Assembly: GCA_003707115.1 (NCBI GenBank)
Contig: PPNB01000007.1
Coordinates: 248,001-312,000, forward strand
DNA from: Tortispora ganteri
Taxonomy: Eukaryota
Direction of reading: 5' to 3'
DNA length: 64,000 nucleotides
The notes below the pieces were generated by a model. That model worked only from the letters and a program-made list of their open reading frames with translations, was not told the origin of the DNA and ran no database searches. Every line of letters starts with the position of its first letter. Position 1 is the first letter of the stretch. Shown here one piece after another: positions 61,039-64,000 of this stretch. The position numbers and the translations under genes are program-made.

Positions 61039-63627
61039 ATGAGACGGCCGTTGAGTATATTAAGGGTTTCTTATAGAAGATACTCACAAGCTGTGGAGCC
61101 GTGCGGAGCATCTGAGGCCGTGTGGACTCCTATAAATGACAAAGATGCGGTAGCGAGCGCAAATGCCCTAAAACTGACGTTCGAACAGAGAATACAGAAA
61201 CGTAATTTCCTGGCGCGTGTGTATTTGCATGCTATAAGTCTGGACTCACGCTTACATCCGTTTTTTCAAGACTCAGAAATGATGCGGTTGATGCAGAAGG
61301 CATCCTCGCCGAAGGAACAGGCTAAAGATTCAAATTGGTTTAACAGACTTCGTAAGCAACGTATATCACTCAAATTTGCCCCTAAATTGCTGCCATTTAG
61401 GCCTTTTCAGGAGTTGTTTCTTGGTATAGACACAATAGTACCGCAGATTTACATATACAATAGGTCTCTATTTGACCTACACTCCGTGCGCGATCAACCG
61501 CCGCTGCCTTTACAGCCAGCTTTCCCGGTGCATTCAGACAATATTATGTTTAGTAGCATGAAAACGCCTAACTATGTTCGCCGTGCGATTGCTATTGATA
61601 TATTTAGCGCCGCAGAGAAACAACTCAAGGCTGCAGAGATGCCGGGCGACCAGCTGAATGCTATGCGCACAGTTCTGCGGTTCTGTAAGCCACTCAACAA
61701 TACACACAAAACATTGCTTTCAAAGCGTTGCTTGAAGTATATAGACGAGCTTGAGACCCCTCTAGAATGGAAAGCGGCTGACGTCACTGTTTTCCTGACA
61801 GCGCTACTTCACCGCTGTTTCTGGAACAATCAGGTAGCCGCGGTGTCAGCGATAATCAGTGCTGCCGCGACTTATCCATTTCATTTGAACGGCCCTGAAA
61901 AAGACCCGATTGTGCTTCCGTTGAATGAAGCGAGTTCGATCTTAGGCCTTTTCTTGCAGCTCGTTGCTGACAGCTCTAATCGAAAACAAAACTACACAAT
62001 CAAGAAGATCATTAAAATCGTCAAAAAATTTCACAAACAACGCAAAGAAACTAGTCTTATTAGTTACATTGCTTCCAACTATGCCAACGCACTTCTTACT
62101 GTGGGCAGTGTTTCAGATGCGCTCGCAGTGTCGCATGTAGCGAATGCGGCGGGATACTCATTGACACCTAAAGCTTTGACAAGGATTACTATGAAGTATT
62201 TAACGGATATAAGGCTTCTGAAGGTGAAGCTTACGAAGGAGAATGGCGTCAAAAAGTTAAATGTGCACAAATTCAAACCGGTTCAAGCATACAAAGCCGG
62301 TAACGTTCCAGAACCTAGTGTCTCGAATTCTTCACAAGCGGTAGAGCTCCGTGCGAACGCCCTAGGCTCGTTACTGCCGCTAAGAAGATTTTTGACTTCA
62401 GAAAGCTGCTCAGCAGTAGTATATTTGGCCATACTCCGGTCACTGGACCACTCGTTCCCTGAAATTGACTACCTAACTAGCACTGCATTGAATCGTATCA
62501 AGACATACACAATCCGCTCGATCGCTTCAAATCGCGTTTTGCTTTTGTACGAGTCTGCAGTTGAGCAGTATTTGCGCCGTGGATTTCGCGAACTTTTGGC
62601 ATCATTTCCTGAAGAAAGGTACTTCAAAGAGCGCATTAATCCTAGCGGAAGACTGGCCGAAGCGTTTGCCAATGATAATTCCCTACATAGAGCATTATCA
62701 AGCATTTTAGCCTTACAAAAGCGCATTTTAGCCTCACATTTGCTCAAAGAGACTGGTCAGTTGCGCATGAAGATGATTTGCGCAAAGGCACTGGCGAAGC
62801 TAGGGGCTTCTAATGTACTTGAACAGCTTCTTATGGATGTGAAGCTATCTGGGTCCCCTGACGCTACCGAACTGAGAGAAATTCTAGCCTCATTGCGACA
62901 CAGAAACTACAAAAAGATAGATGTACTGGAATATATGCGAAACAACCTCTATGGAGTGGAGGAACGGTATTTGCTTGAGCACGTTTCTATGTCACTTGGT
63001 AAAGATACCGCTGAGCAGGAGAGATTGAGGTTCAAGTCGGAGCTGAGGAAAGGCATTGCATACTCGAAATTTGCTCATCTGGAACTGGTAACTTCCGATA
63101 TTATGAAAGACCATGTGCGAAGGATATTGAGGAAAAATATCAATAGCAGCATAAGCCATGAGTATTTGAAAACTATAGCTAAATTGTCGAACGGATCTGA
63201 CGCGGTGTTAGCAGAGTGGGAAAATACTATACTGCCGGTTCTAGTAGATTCTGCGAACGAGATTAAAGCGGAATGTGCAGCAGTTGTAGCTGAAGCTTTG
63301 GCAAAAGATAAAGGCGGAGGGAAAGGTATGTGGCATCGCAGATGTAATGTTGCGGTAGCCCTAGCAGTGAGATATTGGAGATGGAAAGATTTGGACAGGG
63401 AGATGCATAGTTTCACGCTGATGGAAAGACTGATACCGCAAATCCAAGACTCGAAGTCAATGCGTGTAATATATGAGGAGTTCATGACTGCACATATTAG
63501 TGACAGTGATGTACTAAAGATGTTTGGAGACTCACATCATGAGATTCGCGATGCGATTCTTTCAAAAAGACGTGGAGATGATATAGAAAAGGCAATTGAT
63601 GCCTTAGAGACGACTTTATGTGTATGA
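61039..63627 (+). CDS. Hypothetical basic, helix-rich protein with probable mitochondrial presequence
   Basis: Long uninterrupted ORF; MRRPLSILRVSYRRYS N-terminus; no recognised domain. Confidence 0.75.
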   Translation: MRRPLSILRVSYRRYSQAVEPCGASEAVWTPINDKDAVASANALKLTFEQRIQKRNFLARVYLHAISLDSRLHPFFQDSEMMRLMQKASSPKEQAKDSNWFNRLRKQRISLKFAPKLLPFRPFQELFLGIDTIVPQIYIYNRSLFDLHSVRDQPPLPLQPAFPVHSDNIMFSSMKTPNYVRRAIAIDIFSAAEKQLKAAEMPGDQLNAMRTVLRFCKPLNNTHKTLLSKRCLKYIDELETPLEWKAADVTVFLTALLHRCFWNNQVAAVSAIISAAATYPFHLNGPEKDPIVLPLNEASSILGLFLQLVADSSNRKQNYTIKKIIKIVKKFHKQRKETSLISYIASNYANALLTVGSVSDALAVSHVANAAGYSLTPKALTRITMKYLTDIRLLKVKLTKENGVKKLNVHKFKPVQAYKAGNVPEPSVSNSSQAVELRANALGSLLPLRRFLTSESCSAVVYLAILRSLDHSFPEIDYLTSTALNRIKTYTIRSIASNRVLLLYESAVEQYLRRGFRELLASFPEERYFKERINPSGRLAEAFANDNSLHRALSSILALQKRILASHLLKETGQLRMKMICAKALAKLGASNVLEQLLMDVKLSGSPDATELREILASLRHRNYKKIDVLEYMRNNLYGVEERYLLEHVSMSLGKDTAEQERLRFKSELRKGIAYSKFAHLELVTSDIMKDHVRRILRKNINSSISHEYLKTIAKLSNGSDAVLAEWENTILPVLVDSANEIKAECAAVVAEALAKDKGGGKGMWHRRCNVAVALAVRYWRWKDLDREMHSFTLMERLIPQIQDSKSMRVIYEEFMTAHISDSDVLKMFGDSHHEIRDAILSKRRGDDIEKAIDALETTLCV

Positions 63628-63725
63628 TAATGAAACAATCATAAATTGCATGAAAATTAGTGCTGTAAGAGAACTTGTAGAAATATGAATGAAGAGCAAA
63701 TCAGTAGAGCTAGCGAGTAAAGGAG

Positions 63726-64000
63726 CTATTTCGAAGAAATCGTTTTTAGAGGATCAGATGCAGAAGGAGACGAAGAAGGCGCAGAATGATGTCTTGGACG
63801 CACCAGAAGGATTATTATTAGGCCGAATATTAGAATCACAAGGAGGAAGATAATTCTGCATTTAGTAGTTCGTTTCTGGTACTTTTCTGCTTTGACAAGT
63901 TGTTTACTTGCTTGCTTTACATTAACTGCTGTGTTTTCAATGTTATAGTCGATTCTATCGAGTAGGGTACCTTGGTCTATGACCATAGTCTGAAGTTCGC
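63726..64000 (-). CDS. TLG2: Qa t-SNARE, syntaxin-16/Tlg2-like (C-terminal part; 5' end outside window)
   Basis: MVIDQGTLLDRIDYNIE SNARE motif, KAEKYQK, TM anchor and short lumenal tail. Confidence 0.9.
   Translation of the reverse strand, partial: ELQTMVIDQGTLLDRIDYNIENTAVNVKQASKQLVKAEKYQKRTTKCRIIFLLVILIFGLIIILLVRPRHHSAPSSSPSASDPLKTISSK

Overview
Gene-dense eukaryotic (ascomycete yeast) chromosome segment with about 33 protein-coding genes, two of them cut by the window edges (ESA1-like at left, TLG2-like at right). Introns are few and short, with GTAAGT donors and TACTAAC branch points. CTG codons sit at conserved Leu positions, so the code is standard. The window retains genes S. cerevisiae lacks (complex I NDUFS4, TSC1, Aquarius, EF-hand NDE). 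Together these suggest an early-diverging Saccharomycotina yeast (inference). Most genes are housekeeping; I found no mobile element, CRISPR array, rRNA or convincing tRNA. Most notable: (1) three intact ORFs that appear to have lost catalytic residues: an Aquarius/Cwf11 helicase without a P-loop, a putatively mitochondrial DEAH/RHA helicase with DDFY instead of DEAH, and a secreted M20 peptidase homologue lacking most metal ligands; (2) a divergent beta-tubulin with several substitutions at benzimidazole-resistance sites; (3) a structured, H/ACA-like RNA candidate inside the long ATP17 intron; (4) near-perfect RFX X-box palindromes recurring in promoters, several of mitochondrial genes; (5) an RTA1 + Zn2Cys6 + SDR block with a PDRE-like site. 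All family calls come from motif recognition by eye; no searches were run.
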